DNA of 64,000 nt from Trueperaceae bacterium (GCA_965215565.1 CBDCDZ010000004.1:1536001-1600000), one strand, 5' to 3'. Positions 21,164-30,317 are shown, counted from the stretch's first letter. Notes: generated by a model from the letters alone, not told the origin. Program-made: numbers and translations.

Positions 21164-21922
21164 TCAGCGAGATAAATAATACAACCACTCAAACGCTGTC
21201 AAGCGCCAGTACCGATCTTTTAGATTAAAGCCAAAGCTGTGACCCGCGCTCTGGGATTCGATCATCTTCTGAAGCCTCTTATTATAACGCAAGTTGTCCA
21301 GCAACTGCCTAGACTTAAAATGAATCGTATTGCGAGGCGAAGAGATAACTGCTTCAATAAGAGCGTCGTGAAAGTGGTAAAGGTCATCATCAATCCATCC
21401 GACGGGTTCGGTAGGCGCGTCTGCTAAATCATCACCACAGCAGTAACAGTAGCATTCAGAGTTCCACCGTTGCTCGTGACGGGCGTAGATATCAACTTGA
21501 GCACCACACTCCGCACAATCATCTCGAAGAAGACAGCGATGAATGCTGCACACTTCAACGACATCAACGTACCAAACTTTTCGAAACCACCTGAACTCGA
21601 AACAGCAGAGCGGGCAGAAGCGCGGCGTTTTCCGAATCACTCGCGACGCCGAACCAGAACAACCCAGTTCTCCTACTCGCCTCGGAATCAGGGCGTCCAA
21701 GATGATTGACTCATCGGCCTGAACTCCATCGGCTAGGACGGAATAAAGATTCGACCGCTTTGCTTTGATGATGTCAGGTGCGTTAGAAATACCATAAACC
21801 CTATGAGATTTCTTCAACCGAGCTATGAATCGTTCGACTGAAAGACCGTTGCCGTAACTCAGTCTGGCAAGGTAGGAAGTAAAGGCTTCGCCTTCATCGG
21901 GTTTGTCTCTAAACGCCCACAC
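21164..21922 (-). CDS. tniQ: TniQ target-selector
   Basis: P..GEAFTSYLARLS..NG, RFCPLC...W...C.IH...L.D.C..CG zinc motifs. Confidence 0.92.
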   Translation of the reverse strand: MWAFRDKPDEGEAFTSYLARLSYGNGLSVERFIARLKKSHRVYGISNAPDIIKAKRSNLYSVLADGVQADESIILDALIPRRVGELGCSGSASRVIRKTPRFCPLCCFEFRWFRKVWYVDVVEVCSIHRCLLRDDCAECGAQVDIYARHEQRWNSECYCYCCGDDLADAPTEPVGWIDDDLYHFHDALIEAVISSPRNTIHFKSRQLLDNLRYNKRLQKMIESQSAGHSFGFNLKDRYWRLTAFEWLYYLSR

Positions 21923-21971
21923 TACATATCATGTCATTAGTGTAGACTGCAAAGGTGAGTTTCAAGTACTG

Positions 21972-22017
21972 TTCGCAAATAACTCGATTCAATTCGCAAA
22001 TAGCGTGATTTTTGACA
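21972..22017. repeat. Transposon end with two putative TnsB-binding repeats and terminal TGT/ACA
   Basis: TTCGCAAATAACTCGATT (21972-21989) and TTCGCAAATAGCGTGATT (21993-22010), 15/18 identical, then TTTGACA. The minus strand reads TGTCAAAAATC... Confidence 0.78.
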
Positions 22018-22530
22018 AGAGCCAACCCCAAACGCCAAGAAACCCTCATCGTCGTCGGACTTGACCCCGGCTTAGCCAACTTGGGCCTGGGCGCGATTCG
22101 CGAAACGGGCAAAGAGGTCACGCATTTAGGCAGCACGCTGGTACGTACAAACAGCCGCACGGATCAAGCGGAGCGTTTGGCGGCGATTTACACCGAGATG
22201 ACCGACTTCTTGAAGGCGCATCGCCCCGACGTGCTCGCCATCGAAGGGCAGTATTTTCACCGCCAGCGCGACGTGGCGTTTAAGGTAGGGCAGGCTTTGG
22301 GCGTGTGCCTTTTAGCCGCGCAGCAACAGGGCGTCGAGACCGTTGAGTACGGACCGATGCAGGTCAAGCAGGCGCTCGTGGGCACGGGGCGCGCGAGCAA
22401 GGCCCAGGTGGGCTACATGGTTCGCGCCATGTTAGGTCTCACCCAGACCCCCGAGAGCCACCACGTCGCCGACGCGCTCGCGCTCGCGCTGACGCATCTG
22501 AGCGCGCGGCAACTGCAGTCGCTGGGTTAA
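22012..22530 (+). CDS. ruvC: Holliday junction resolvase RuvC
   Basis: VGLDPGLANLG, LAIEGQYF, EYGPMQVKQALVGTGRASKAQV, DALALALTH. Confidence 0.95.
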   Translation: MTRANPKRQETLIVVGLDPGLANLGLGAIRETGKEVTHLGSTLVRTNSRTDQAERLAAIYTEMTDFLKAHRPDVLAIEGQYFHRQRDVAFKVGQALGVCLLAAQQQGVETVEYGPMQVKQALVGTGRASKAQVGYMVRAMLGLTQTPESHHVADALALALTHLSARQLQSLG

Positions 22531-25500
22531 TCGGACGAAGAGGTTGCGGTCTCCTCTCTCGTTTCGGCTGATTCAGGCTTGTCCGAGCCTTCTTCCTTCT
22601 TAGTCTTCGCACCGGTTTTCTCCGTAGTTGTTTTCTTCGCCGTGGTCTGCTTAGTTGCGGTCTTTTTCGCCTCTACCTTCTCAGCGTGGGCTTTTTCGCC
22701 GGCGGATTTTTTTGCGCCATTCTTCGTTTCTGCCTTTTTCGTCCCTGCCTTTTTTGCTGTAGACTTCTTGGCGGACGCTTTCGCCGTCTTCTTCACTTTG
22801 GACTTAGGCTTGTCCTCTTCTAAAAGTCCATCGACTCTGTACTCCGAACGCGCTTCCGCCGCCGCGAAGTCTTTGAGCCCCTGGTGAATCTTTTTCAGCC
22901 CCGCGTCAATCTCTTTCGCTTTCAGCACGCTCAAGTTGAGAATGGCGACGCAGGCGAGGCGCGCGGTGAGTTCGCGGTAGGATTCTTTGTTGAAGTAGCG
23001 CACCCCTTCGTGCGCGTTGACGCCTAAGAAGGTCTGCGCCTCTTCGTCATCCATAAGGAGTTCGAGCAGTTTTTCAGCGGGCTTTCGGTCCTCGTCTTCT
23101 AGCTCGTACCAGTTCTTGTAGCGCACCAGGAGTTTAACGAGACGTAACACGCGCTCAGCGTTTAAGCCTAAATCGCCAAAGACATTCTCGATAACTCTAT
23201 CCAAACGCCAGCGATAAATCGCGGTGAGGCTCGCCTCGTTCGAACCGTCGCCCGTGAGGTGTCCGAGCGCGTGCACGCTAAGCCAGGCGTAGAGGCTGCC
23301 GCTCATCTCTGGGGTGAGGTTATCGGAGAGGATGGACTCGACTTCTCCACCCTTCTTGAACTTGGGCGCGAGGGTATTCAGGGAAGGGAGCGGCAGCAGT
23401 TGCCCGAGTTCGGTGGTGAAGCGCTCCAAAAGAGGTTGTGTGTCGCCCGTCCGCGCCTCCTCAGGAATGAAGTTTAGAGTCGCCTCTAAAAACGCTCCGT
23501 AATGTTCCGGCAAGGTTGCTTGCGCTTTGCTCTGACCCCTCTCGCTCTGCACCCGGCTGCGCAAACCGAGGATAACCTCTTTGCTGAGCACGTTGCTAAA
23601 AGCATCGTGGAGCGGTTGTAAGCGTAAGAACGCAATCTCTTCTTCGATGCTCGGCACGCCGCGGCCGCCGAGTTGGTCGTGAATTTTGGCGTAGGTGCCG
23701 TCATGATCGTGGGCTTCGCGAAAGTCTAAGAATACCTGGTACTTGAAAGCTTCTAATTCCAGATAGAACCCGTTCGCCAAATCCGTGCTTCGGCGGATGA
23801 ACTCCAAGTTCGACACCTGATCGCGGAAAATCGTGAAGTCGTTTCCGTGCGCCCGGAGACCGAGCCCAGCTTTGAGGTCACGCGAGGGCTGCATCCCGCC
23901 CTCTTTGGTGGCGTGCGGCGCGGCGTCTTTGATCCAGCCCTTAGCCTGTGAAAATTTGTTGTTAAAAACGACCAAAGAGGCTCTGTCACCCACGCGGTTC
24001 GAGTAGGCGTACACGTCCTCGTTGACGCCACCTCCTTGCGTATGCACGTCGTAGAGGAGGAAGTTCTCTACCTCGGCGAACTGCTCGCGGCGGTGCATCA
24101 GCGGGAAGACCTCGCGGTAGTGGCGGTCGATGAGCCAGCCGCTCGGGTTCTCTTCGCGCTTGGCGCGCTTGAATTCCATGCCGTACTTCTCTTCGAAGCC
24201 TTCGACCTGACCGTGACCAAACATCGGCAGTCCGGGCATCGTCACCATCACGGTGCAGACGCCAAAGTACTTGTCGTCTTGTCCAAACTGCGCAATCGCC
24301 GTTTCTTCGTCGGGGTTGCTCATGAAGTTGACGTAGCGCTTCAAGATGTTGGGCTCGAACTCCAAGACGTTTTTGATGGAGCGGCGGTACTTGGCGTTGT
24401 CCTCGTCTTTGAACATGTGCATAAAGGCGCTGTTGTAAACGCGGTGCATCCCGAGCGTGCGAACGAAGTAGCCTTCCATCATCCAGAACGCTTCGGCTAA
24501 GAGGAGTGTGTCGGGCACCTCTTCGGCGACGCGGTCCACGACTTCACGCCAGAACTCTTCGGGGATGGCGGCGTTAAAGTCGTCCGTGGTCAGGGTGCCG
24601 TACTGCGCCCGCGACGCAATCGCGCCGCCCGAGCCGGGCTCGGGGAACCAGAGCCTTTGGATGTGGCGCTTGGCGAGCGTCATCGCCGCGTCGAAGCGGA
24701 TGATGGGCGAGAGCCTCGCAACGTGCAAGATGGTCTGGATGATGGCTTCGCGCGCCTCGGCGTTCAGGTAGTTGAGCTGCGCCGTATCGTTCCAGGGCAT
24801 CGAGGTGCCGTCGTTGCCGTGATAGATGTAACGCTCGTTTCCAGTGTGGTAGTCCACGCGCTTAAAGACGACGGCGGCATCTGAGGAGTCGTAGTAGTGG
24901 TCCTCCAAAAAGATGCCGACGCGCTCATCGTTGGATAAATCAGGTCCGTTAAAGGTGTAGCTCGGGTAGGGCGAGTGGTCTAACTGCAAGAACCAGTCCG
25001 GGTGCTCCACCACCCAGCGTCCGTCGATGCCGACGTGGTTGGGGACCATGTCCGACGCCATGCGGACGCCGCGCTCCCAGGCGCGCCACTTGAGGTTGTC
25101 GTACGCCTCTTGTCCGCCCAAGTCCGAGGCGATCTGGTAGTCGTATAAGGAGTACGCCGACGCCACCGCGTCGGGGTTGCCGCGCATGTTCTTAACCTTT
25201 TTAGAGGCTGCCGAACGCTCCCATAAGCCGATGAGCCAAAGGCCCGTAAAGCCGCGCCGCGCGAGTTCGTCCAGTTCTTCGTCGGGCACTTGGTCAAGTC
25301 GGGAGATGTCGCGGTTATAGAACCTCGAGAGCTGTCCCAGCCATACAAACGTGCTTTTGGCGAGCATGACCACGCGGGGCATCCACGACGAGTCGGGCGA
25401 GAAGCGCTCGTACTCAATCTGCTCGAACGCACCAACCGAACCGTACTCAGCGCGTGGGTCGATGACCTGCGCCGGACCCGGACCCCCGCCGAAGCGCTCG

Positions 25501-26297
25501 CGGCGCTCCTCTTGAATCGTACCTAAAGTCTGCATCAAGCGGCGCATCAAGCCTTCGAACCGCCCCTCGCTCAAGGCGGGCCACTGAGCGCGCAAGAACT
25601 CCAACTGCCCATCTAAAGAGGTCGGATGCGAACGAAGCGGTCCGCGCAGCACGTCTAGGAGTTTCTTGCCGCCGAAACCAGGCTCGTCTTCGAAAAAGGC
25701 TTCCAGCGTCTCGATCATCTGCTTGTACGCCGTGTGCTGCTCTAGGTCCTCGTCGTCAAACAACTCGACGAAGCGCTCCATCGCCGGGTTCTCGTTCGCC
25801 ATGCGCAGGAGCAGAAGTTCTTCGAAGACTATTTGGCGGTGCGGAATGCTCTTGGAACTGCCCGCGAGGTATTCCTTGACCGTTCTTTTGTTCGTATAGA
25901 CAACCTTAGCGGGGAAGTCTTGAGCGTAGCGCTCTAAGGTGTTCTCTAACTCGTCGCCCAATGATTCTTCCAAATGCGCGTACGCCCGCTCGATCGCCGC
26001 GCCGTCCGTCTCTTGCAAGTAGAGCGAGACCAAAAGCCGCAGCAGTTCCTGAACGAGCCCCGCCGCGTAGAGTTCGCCCGCCGAAATCGCGGACTGCGGG
26101 TAACGCTTGGTGTCGCGAACGTCGTTGATCTGCTGCGCGACGCGCTGCGCCGCTGCAAAGTCGGTCAGGACTAGGTTGCCGTGCTCGGAAAAGAGGTCAG
26201 CAGCGAATCCGTAGCGCGCTCTCGCTTTCTTAGAAACGGGAATCTCTAAGCTGTCGTCCTCTTTTAACTGCTGAAAATAGTACGTGCGTAGTGCCAT
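22527..26297 (-). CDS. Large GH13 alpha-amylase-family glycosidase with Lys/Ala-rich tail
   Basis: DMVPNH, RFDAAM, LAEAFW and NPDE conserved regions. Confidence 0.85.
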   Translation of the reverse strand: MALRTYYFQQLKEDDSLEIPVSKKARARYGFAADLFSEHGNLVLTDFAAAQRVAQQINDVRDTKRYPQSAISAGELYAAGLVQELLRLLVSLYLQETDGAAIERAYAHLEESLGDELENTLERYAQDFPAKVVYTNKRTVKEYLAGSSKSIPHRQIVFEELLLLRMANENPAMERFVELFDDEDLEQHTAYKQMIETLEAFFEDEPGFGGKKLLDVLRGPLRSHPTSLDGQLEFLRAQWPALSEGRFEGLMRRLMQTLGTIQEERRERFGGGPGPAQVIDPRAEYGSVGAFEQIEYERFSPDSSWMPRVVMLAKSTFVWLGQLSRFYNRDISRLDQVPDEELDELARRGFTGLWLIGLWERSAASKKVKNMRGNPDAVASAYSLYDYQIASDLGGQEAYDNLKWRAWERGVRMASDMVPNHVGIDGRWVVEHPDWFLQLDHSPYPSYTFNGPDLSNDERVGIFLEDHYYDSSDAAVVFKRVDYHTGNERYIYHGNDGTSMPWNDTAQLNYLNAEAREAIIQTILHVARLSPIIRFDAAMTLAKRHIQRLWFPEPGSGGAIASRAQYGTLTTDDFNAAIPEEFWREVVDRVAEEVPDTLLLAEAFWMMEGYFVRTLGMHRVYNSAFMHMFKDEDNAKYRRSIKNVLEFEPNILKRYVNFMSNPDEETAIAQFGQDDKYFGVCTVMVTMPGLPMFGHGQVEGFEEKYGMEFKRAKREENPSGWLIDRHYREVFPLMHRREQFAEVENFLLYDVHTQGGGVNEDVYAYSNRVGDRASLVVFNNKFSQAKGWIKDAAPHATKEGGMQPSRDLKAGLGLRAHGNDFTIFRDQVSNLEFIRRSTDLANGFYLELEAFKYQVFLDFREAHDHDGTYAKIHDQLGGRGVPSIEEEIAFLRLQPLHDAFSNVLSKEVILGLRSRVQSERGQSKAQATLPEHYGAFLEATLNFIPEEARTGDTQPLLERFTTELGQLLPLPSLNTLAPKFKKGGEVESILSDNLTPEMSGSLYAWLSVHALGHLTGDGSNEASLTAIYRWRLDRVIENVFGDLGLNAERVLRLVKLLVRYKNWYELEDEDRKPAEKLLELLMDDEEAQTFLGVNAHEGVRYFNKESYRELTARLACVAILNLSVLKAKEIDAGLKKIHQGLKDFAAAEARSEYRVDGLLEEDKPKSKVKKTAKASAKKSTAKKAGTKKAETKNGAKKSAGEKAHAEKVEAKKTATKQTTAKKTTTEKTGAKTKKEEGSDKPESAETREETATSSSD

Positions 26298-26447
26298 GTG
26301 CGTCCTCTCGTCAGGTGTTTACATGATAAAGATGCGGGCTTGCCCGCTGCGTTTGTCTAGCAGCTTAGCACGCATAAAGCACCTCTTCCCTGCTGGAGAG
26401 GCTACGGTTCGGGCGGTGCCTTGCGGTTCGTAATGACGCTGATGTCA

Positions 26448-26473
26448 GAGCAAGGGGTTTCAACCCCTTGTTC
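26448..26473. repeat. REP-like palindrome, copy 1
   Basis: CAAGGGGTTTCAACCCCTTG; near-identical copy at 34020-34043. Confidence 0.6.
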
Positions 26474-26602
26474 ACCTCCCTGTTCAGTGTGCAGAAATAG
26501 CAAGGAGCACATGGCAGCGTTTGGCTCAGCCATCACTACACTCAGGTGTGACCACGCCCGCGCAAAAGAGCGCAGCTTCACGCGCCGAAACTCGCGCGAC
26601 GT

Positions 26603-27802
26603 TTAGGGAAAAACCTCGCCCACCCACTTGAGCGGGTCTGTCGAAACGGTGTTCACGCGCATCTCCCAGTGCAGGTGCGGTCCCGTCGAGAGCCCCGTCG
26701 AGCCTACTTCACCGATCTTCTGACCGCGCTCGACCTCTTCGCCAGCCGACACCCCTATCTGCGACTGATGGAGATAAAAGCTGTAGACGCCCGCGCCGTG
26801 GTCCAGCACGACGAGGCCGCCTTTGATGGGGTAGAAGTCCGCGATGAGCACTCTGCCGTTGTTGGTAGCTAGAATCGGCGTGCCGGTGGGCGCGGCAATA
26901 TCTGCACCGTGATGGTACGAGACGCGCCCACCCGGAGCGTAGCGGCGCGGCGTGCCGTAGCCGCTCGTGCTGCGTCCCTGGATAGGCAGCAAGAAGGGTT
27001 CGTCCCAGAGTGGATTGCCGCCCAGCGAAGCGTTAAACGCCGCTGCGACGGCTTGCGCCTCCAACTCCTTATTCTCCGGGGTGGACGAGCTAAGCGCGCT
27101 CGCGGGGATGCGCAACTCTTGCACGGGGCGCGGGTCGCTCTGCACGTTCAGGGTGCGCTCGACGGTGACTTCGCGTCCGTATTGATCTAAGAGGGAGACT
27201 TGGAGCCCCTCCCCCGCCGCCTCAGCGCCTAGAGGCACACTCGTCAGCGCGACTGCTTCGTTCTCTGTATAAAAGACAGGTAACGCCTCACCGTTTAACG
27301 TTACCCTAACCTCTTCAACGCCTAGACTCTCCGGCGGCAGCGCAACGCGCACACTTACAGGATCGCCGGGAATCACCGAATCTGTGACCTGAACTTGCGG
27401 TTGCAGTTCGGGCAAGCCGAAGAGGGTGTAGCTGTACGTACTTGCGTTATTCGCCGCGTCCGTTGCGGTAATCTCTAAAACTTCTTTTCCCGCAATGACA
27501 GGTAATGCGAGGTCCACGTTCTGCCCGACCTCTTGAAGTTGTGTGTCGCCGTAGTTCACCTCGTAGGTGACGGGTTCGCTCGAGCTTAACGTCAGTTGGA
27601 GCGGTTGCCCCACCGGAAGCTGCCCCTCAGAGAAGTCTTCACCCGCTTGCAAGACGAAGACCTCGGGCGGCGTTCTGTCGAGCCAGCCTTGCGCGGCGGC
27701 GAGCGCAAAGGTCATCGCAACGAGCAGAAGAAGCGCGAGGATACGGCGGCGGTTGCGCACGGACAGCTTGAAAGAAAGAGGTGACGAAGGCATCTGCATC
27801 AC
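26603..27802 (-). CDS. M23 family peptidase
   Basis: HHGADIAAPTGTP, YLHQS, GLSTGPHLHWE. Confidence 0.9.
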   Translation of the reverse strand: MMQMPSSPLSFKLSVRNRRRILALLLLVAMTFALAAAQGWLDRTPPEVFVLQAGEDFSEGQLPVGQPLQLTLSSSEPVTYEVNYGDTQLQEVGQNVDLALPVIAGKEVLEITATDAANNASTYSYTLFGLPELQPQVQVTDSVIPGDPVSVRVALPPESLGVEEVRVTLNGEALPVFYTENEAVALTSVPLGAEAAGEGLQVSLLDQYGREVTVERTLNVQSDPRPVQELRIPASALSSSTPENKELEAQAVAAAFNASLGGNPLWDEPFLLPIQGRSTSGYGTPRRYAPGGRVSYHHGADIAAPTGTPILATNNGRVLIADFYPIKGGLVVLDHGAGVYSFYLHQSQIGVSAGEEVERGQKIGEVGSTGLSTGPHLHWEMRVNTVSTDPLKWVGEVFP

Positions 27803-28341
27803 TCGTCGCTCTGGCTCGTCACGAAAGGGAGATTGCGGTAGACGTGGGAGATGTCCAAGCCGTAGCCGTAGACAAAGGCATCATCAATTTCGAAGCCTAG
27901 ATAGTCCACAGGCACCTCGACCATCCTGCGCGAAGGTTTGGAGAGGAGCGTCGCCACCTTAACCGAAAGAGGTCCGCGCCCCGTGAGGTAACTCAAGAGG
28001 TACTGCATGGTGAGCCCCGTGTCCACGATGTCCTCGACTAAGAGCACGTGCTTATTTTTTAATGACTGCTCCAAGTCCTTGATGAGCCGCACTTCGCCTG
28101 AGGTTTCGGTGCGAGAGCCATACGACGACACCGACAAAAAGTCCATCGTTAAGGGCGCGTCAATCGCCCGCACTAGGTCCGCCATAAAGATAAACGCGCC
28201 GTTCAAGACGCAGATGAGGTGAAGCGGTTTGCCCTGGTAGTCTTCGGTGATGCGCTTGCCGAGTTCGTCAACGCGCTCGGTAATCTCGGTTTGGCTGAGT
28301 TGCACACTGCCTTCGCCGTACTCAAAAATCGTTTTACTCAC
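27799..28341 (-). CDS. hpt: Hypoxanthine phosphoribosyltransferase
   Basis: VLLVEDIVDTGLT, FVYGYGLD...YRNLP. Confidence 0.95.
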   Translation of the reverse strand: MSKTIFEYGEGSVQLSQTEITERVDELGKRITEDYQGKPLHLICVLNGAFIFMADLVRAIDAPLTMDFLSVSSYGSRTETSGEVRLIKDLEQSLKNKHVLLVEDIVDTGLTMQYLLSYLTGRGPLSVKVATLLSKPSRRMVEVPVDYLGFEIDDAFVYGYGLDISHVYRNLPFVTSQSDE

Positions 28342-29171
28342 GGTTTGCGCCCGGCTTTGTTGGGTGATTTTTTAGGGCTCGACCTCTTGCTTTCTGACTT
28401 CTTAGCCTCTGACCTCTTGCTGTTTGACCTCTTATCATGCCCTCGAGTATAGCCGAGTCGCGCGACCTCTTTCGCCTCCAAAAGACGATACTCGCCACTT
28501 TTTAGCCCGTCTAATCTCAAGCCGCCGACGCGCGTGCGCTTTAAGCGCGTCACGCGGAGCCGAAACGCCGCGAGCATCCGCCGCACCTGATGATTGCGCC
28601 CCTCACCCAAGATGAGGACGCAGCCGCCCTCGGCGCGGTGGGCGCGAACCGCTCTAGCGGGTCCGTCCTCTAAGGTGACACCTCGCTCGAGCCTTTGCAG
28701 CACCTCGCCCGGCACAGGTCTGTCACACCACACGCGGTACTCCTTTTCGTGTTCAAAACGCGGATGCGTGAGTTGCAAGGTGAGTTCGCCATCTGTCGTC
28801 AGCAACAAAAGTCCTTCCGACTCCAAATCCAAACGCCCCACCGGATGCAGTCCGGGCACATCGGGCAAGAAGTCCATCACTGTTTTGCGCCCTCTGTCGT
28901 CCGAAGAGGAGGAGAGAACGCCGACGGGTTTGTAAAAGGCGTAGGTCACGTCATCCTTAGCCTTTTTACGCCCAACAAGCTCACCCGCAACGCGCACCTC
29001 GTCCTGTGGAGACACGCGCATCCCGAGTTCGGCGCGTTGTCCGTTGACCGTGACCTCGCCACTTGTAATGAGGTCTTCGGACTTGCGGCGGCTCGCGACG
29101 CCCGCTTGAGCCAACACCTTTTGTAAACGCTCGCCGTTGTTTGTGTTTGCGTTTTGCAATTGGTTCACCAC
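28338..29171 (-). CDS. rluB: RsuA/RluB-family pseudouridine synthase
   Basis: S4 domain ERLQKVLAQAGVASRR, GRLD..SEGLLLLT, EGRNHQVRRM. Confidence 0.85.
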   Translation of the reverse strand: MVNQLQNANTNNGERLQKVLAQAGVASRRKSEDLITSGEVTVNGQRAELGMRVSPQDEVRVAGELVGRKKAKDDVTYAFYKPVGVLSSSSDDRGRKTVMDFLPDVPGLHPVGRLDLESEGLLLLTTDGELTLQLTHPRFEHEKEYRVWCDRPVPGEVLQRLERGVTLEDGPARAVRAHRAEGGCVLILGEGRNHQVRRMLAAFRLRVTRLKRTRVGGLRLDGLKSGEYRLLEAKEVARLGYTRGHDKRSNSKRSEAKKSESKRSSPKKSPNKAGRKP

Positions 29172-29315
29172 CTATGAACAGTCACGTGTTGAAGCTGTTA
29201 GCGGTTAGCCATAAGCTTTTAGCTTTTGACTTCGCTAATAGCCAACAGCTAATACCTAAAAGCCCCGTATTACGAAAGTACGCTCCAAAGTAGCAGAGAC
29301 CTCTTACCAACTGAG

Positions 29316-30197
29316 CTACAGATAAAGTGCCCCTTCGCCGACTAAAACGGCCGAGCCGCCTACGTAAACTTCGACGCCTTCCTCACGCCGCTCGAGCGTC
29401 ACCAACACCTCACTCGGCCTGCCCATCTCCACCCCTTGGTGGCTTATGAGCGAAGCTCTATCGTCCGAAAATCTAAGTTGATCATGTTCTGCCAAGTACC
29501 AGCCGAGCGGTCCGTGGGCGCTGCCCGTCGCGGGGTCTTCCGCGACGCCCACCGCCGCGCCGAACATGCGGCAGCGCACGTCCACGCCGCGCACCTCATT
29601 GGTGAAGACGAACGCGCCGACGCTCTCTTGGTCTCCTAAAACTCGTTTGAGTGCGGAAGCGTTGAGCTTGACCTGAGCGAGCGCGTCCAAAGAGGTTACG
29701 GGAACGATGAGAAAGGGATTGCCAGCGCTGACAATCTGTGCGGGTAAGTCTGAGAAGTCGCCCTCTTCTAACCCTAATGCTTCGGCGAAAACCGTTGCAT
29801 CTGAATACGTTTCTACAAGTTTGGGCACACCCTGATTCATCCACACCCGCTTGAGCTTGTCGCCGCTCCGCTCCAAACCCATGCGCACGACGCCGATGGG
29901 AAGCTCGAGCCCCATCATCACCTCGTCCGTAATCTCGCCAAGCTGATGCAGCGCGTACACGCTCCCCACACTCGGATGACCCGCCATCGGCAGCTCCCTA
30001 GTCGGCGTAAAGTACCGCGCTCTCGCGTCTGCCTTTTTGGACGGTAGCAAAAAGCTCGTCTCGGAGAGGTTGAACTCTTTGGCGATTCCCTGCATCTGCG
30101 CGTCAGAGAGCTTGGCGGCGTCCGGTACGACAGCGAGCGGGTTGCCCGCTAAGGCTTTTTTGGTAAAGACATCCCAGAGTTGATAGGCGAGTTGCAT
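29316..30197 (-). CDS. PhzF-family epimerase/isomerase
   Basis: DVFT...GNPLAVV, NLSET, EDPATGSA. Confidence 0.92.
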   Translation of the reverse strand: MQLAYQLWDVFTKKALAGNPLAVVPDAAKLSDAQMQGIAKEFNLSETSFLLPSKKADARARYFTPTRELPMAGHPSVGSVYALHQLGEITDEVMMGLELPIGVVRMGLERSGDKLKRVWMNQGVPKLVETYSDATVFAEALGLEEGDFSDLPAQIVSAGNPFLIVPVTSLDALAQVKLNASALKRVLGDQESVGAFVFTNEVRGVDVRCRMFGAAVGVAEDPATGSAHGPLGWYLAEHDQLRFSDDRASLISHQGVEMGRPSEVLVTLERREEGVEVYVGGSAVLVGEGALYL

Positions 30198-30317
30198 AAG
30201 ACAGTGTAACGCGCGGCAGCTTAATTAGTGAGTTGAAAGAGGGTTCAGGTGTTGGAAGTTGAAAGCAATGAGGCTAAAGGGTTTCACTCATTGCTCAGAA
30301 TTCATTGCTGATATACC

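Larger units (their letters stand above)
12886..22017 (+). mobile_element. Tn7-like CRISPR-associated transposon with type I-E Cascade (core module plus target-proximal end; distal end not located)
   Basis: tnsA-tnsB-tnsC-cas8e/11-cas7-cas5-cas6 operon, mini-array, tniQ and an end with repeats. The spacer matches the flanking ruvC gene. Confidence 0.9.
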
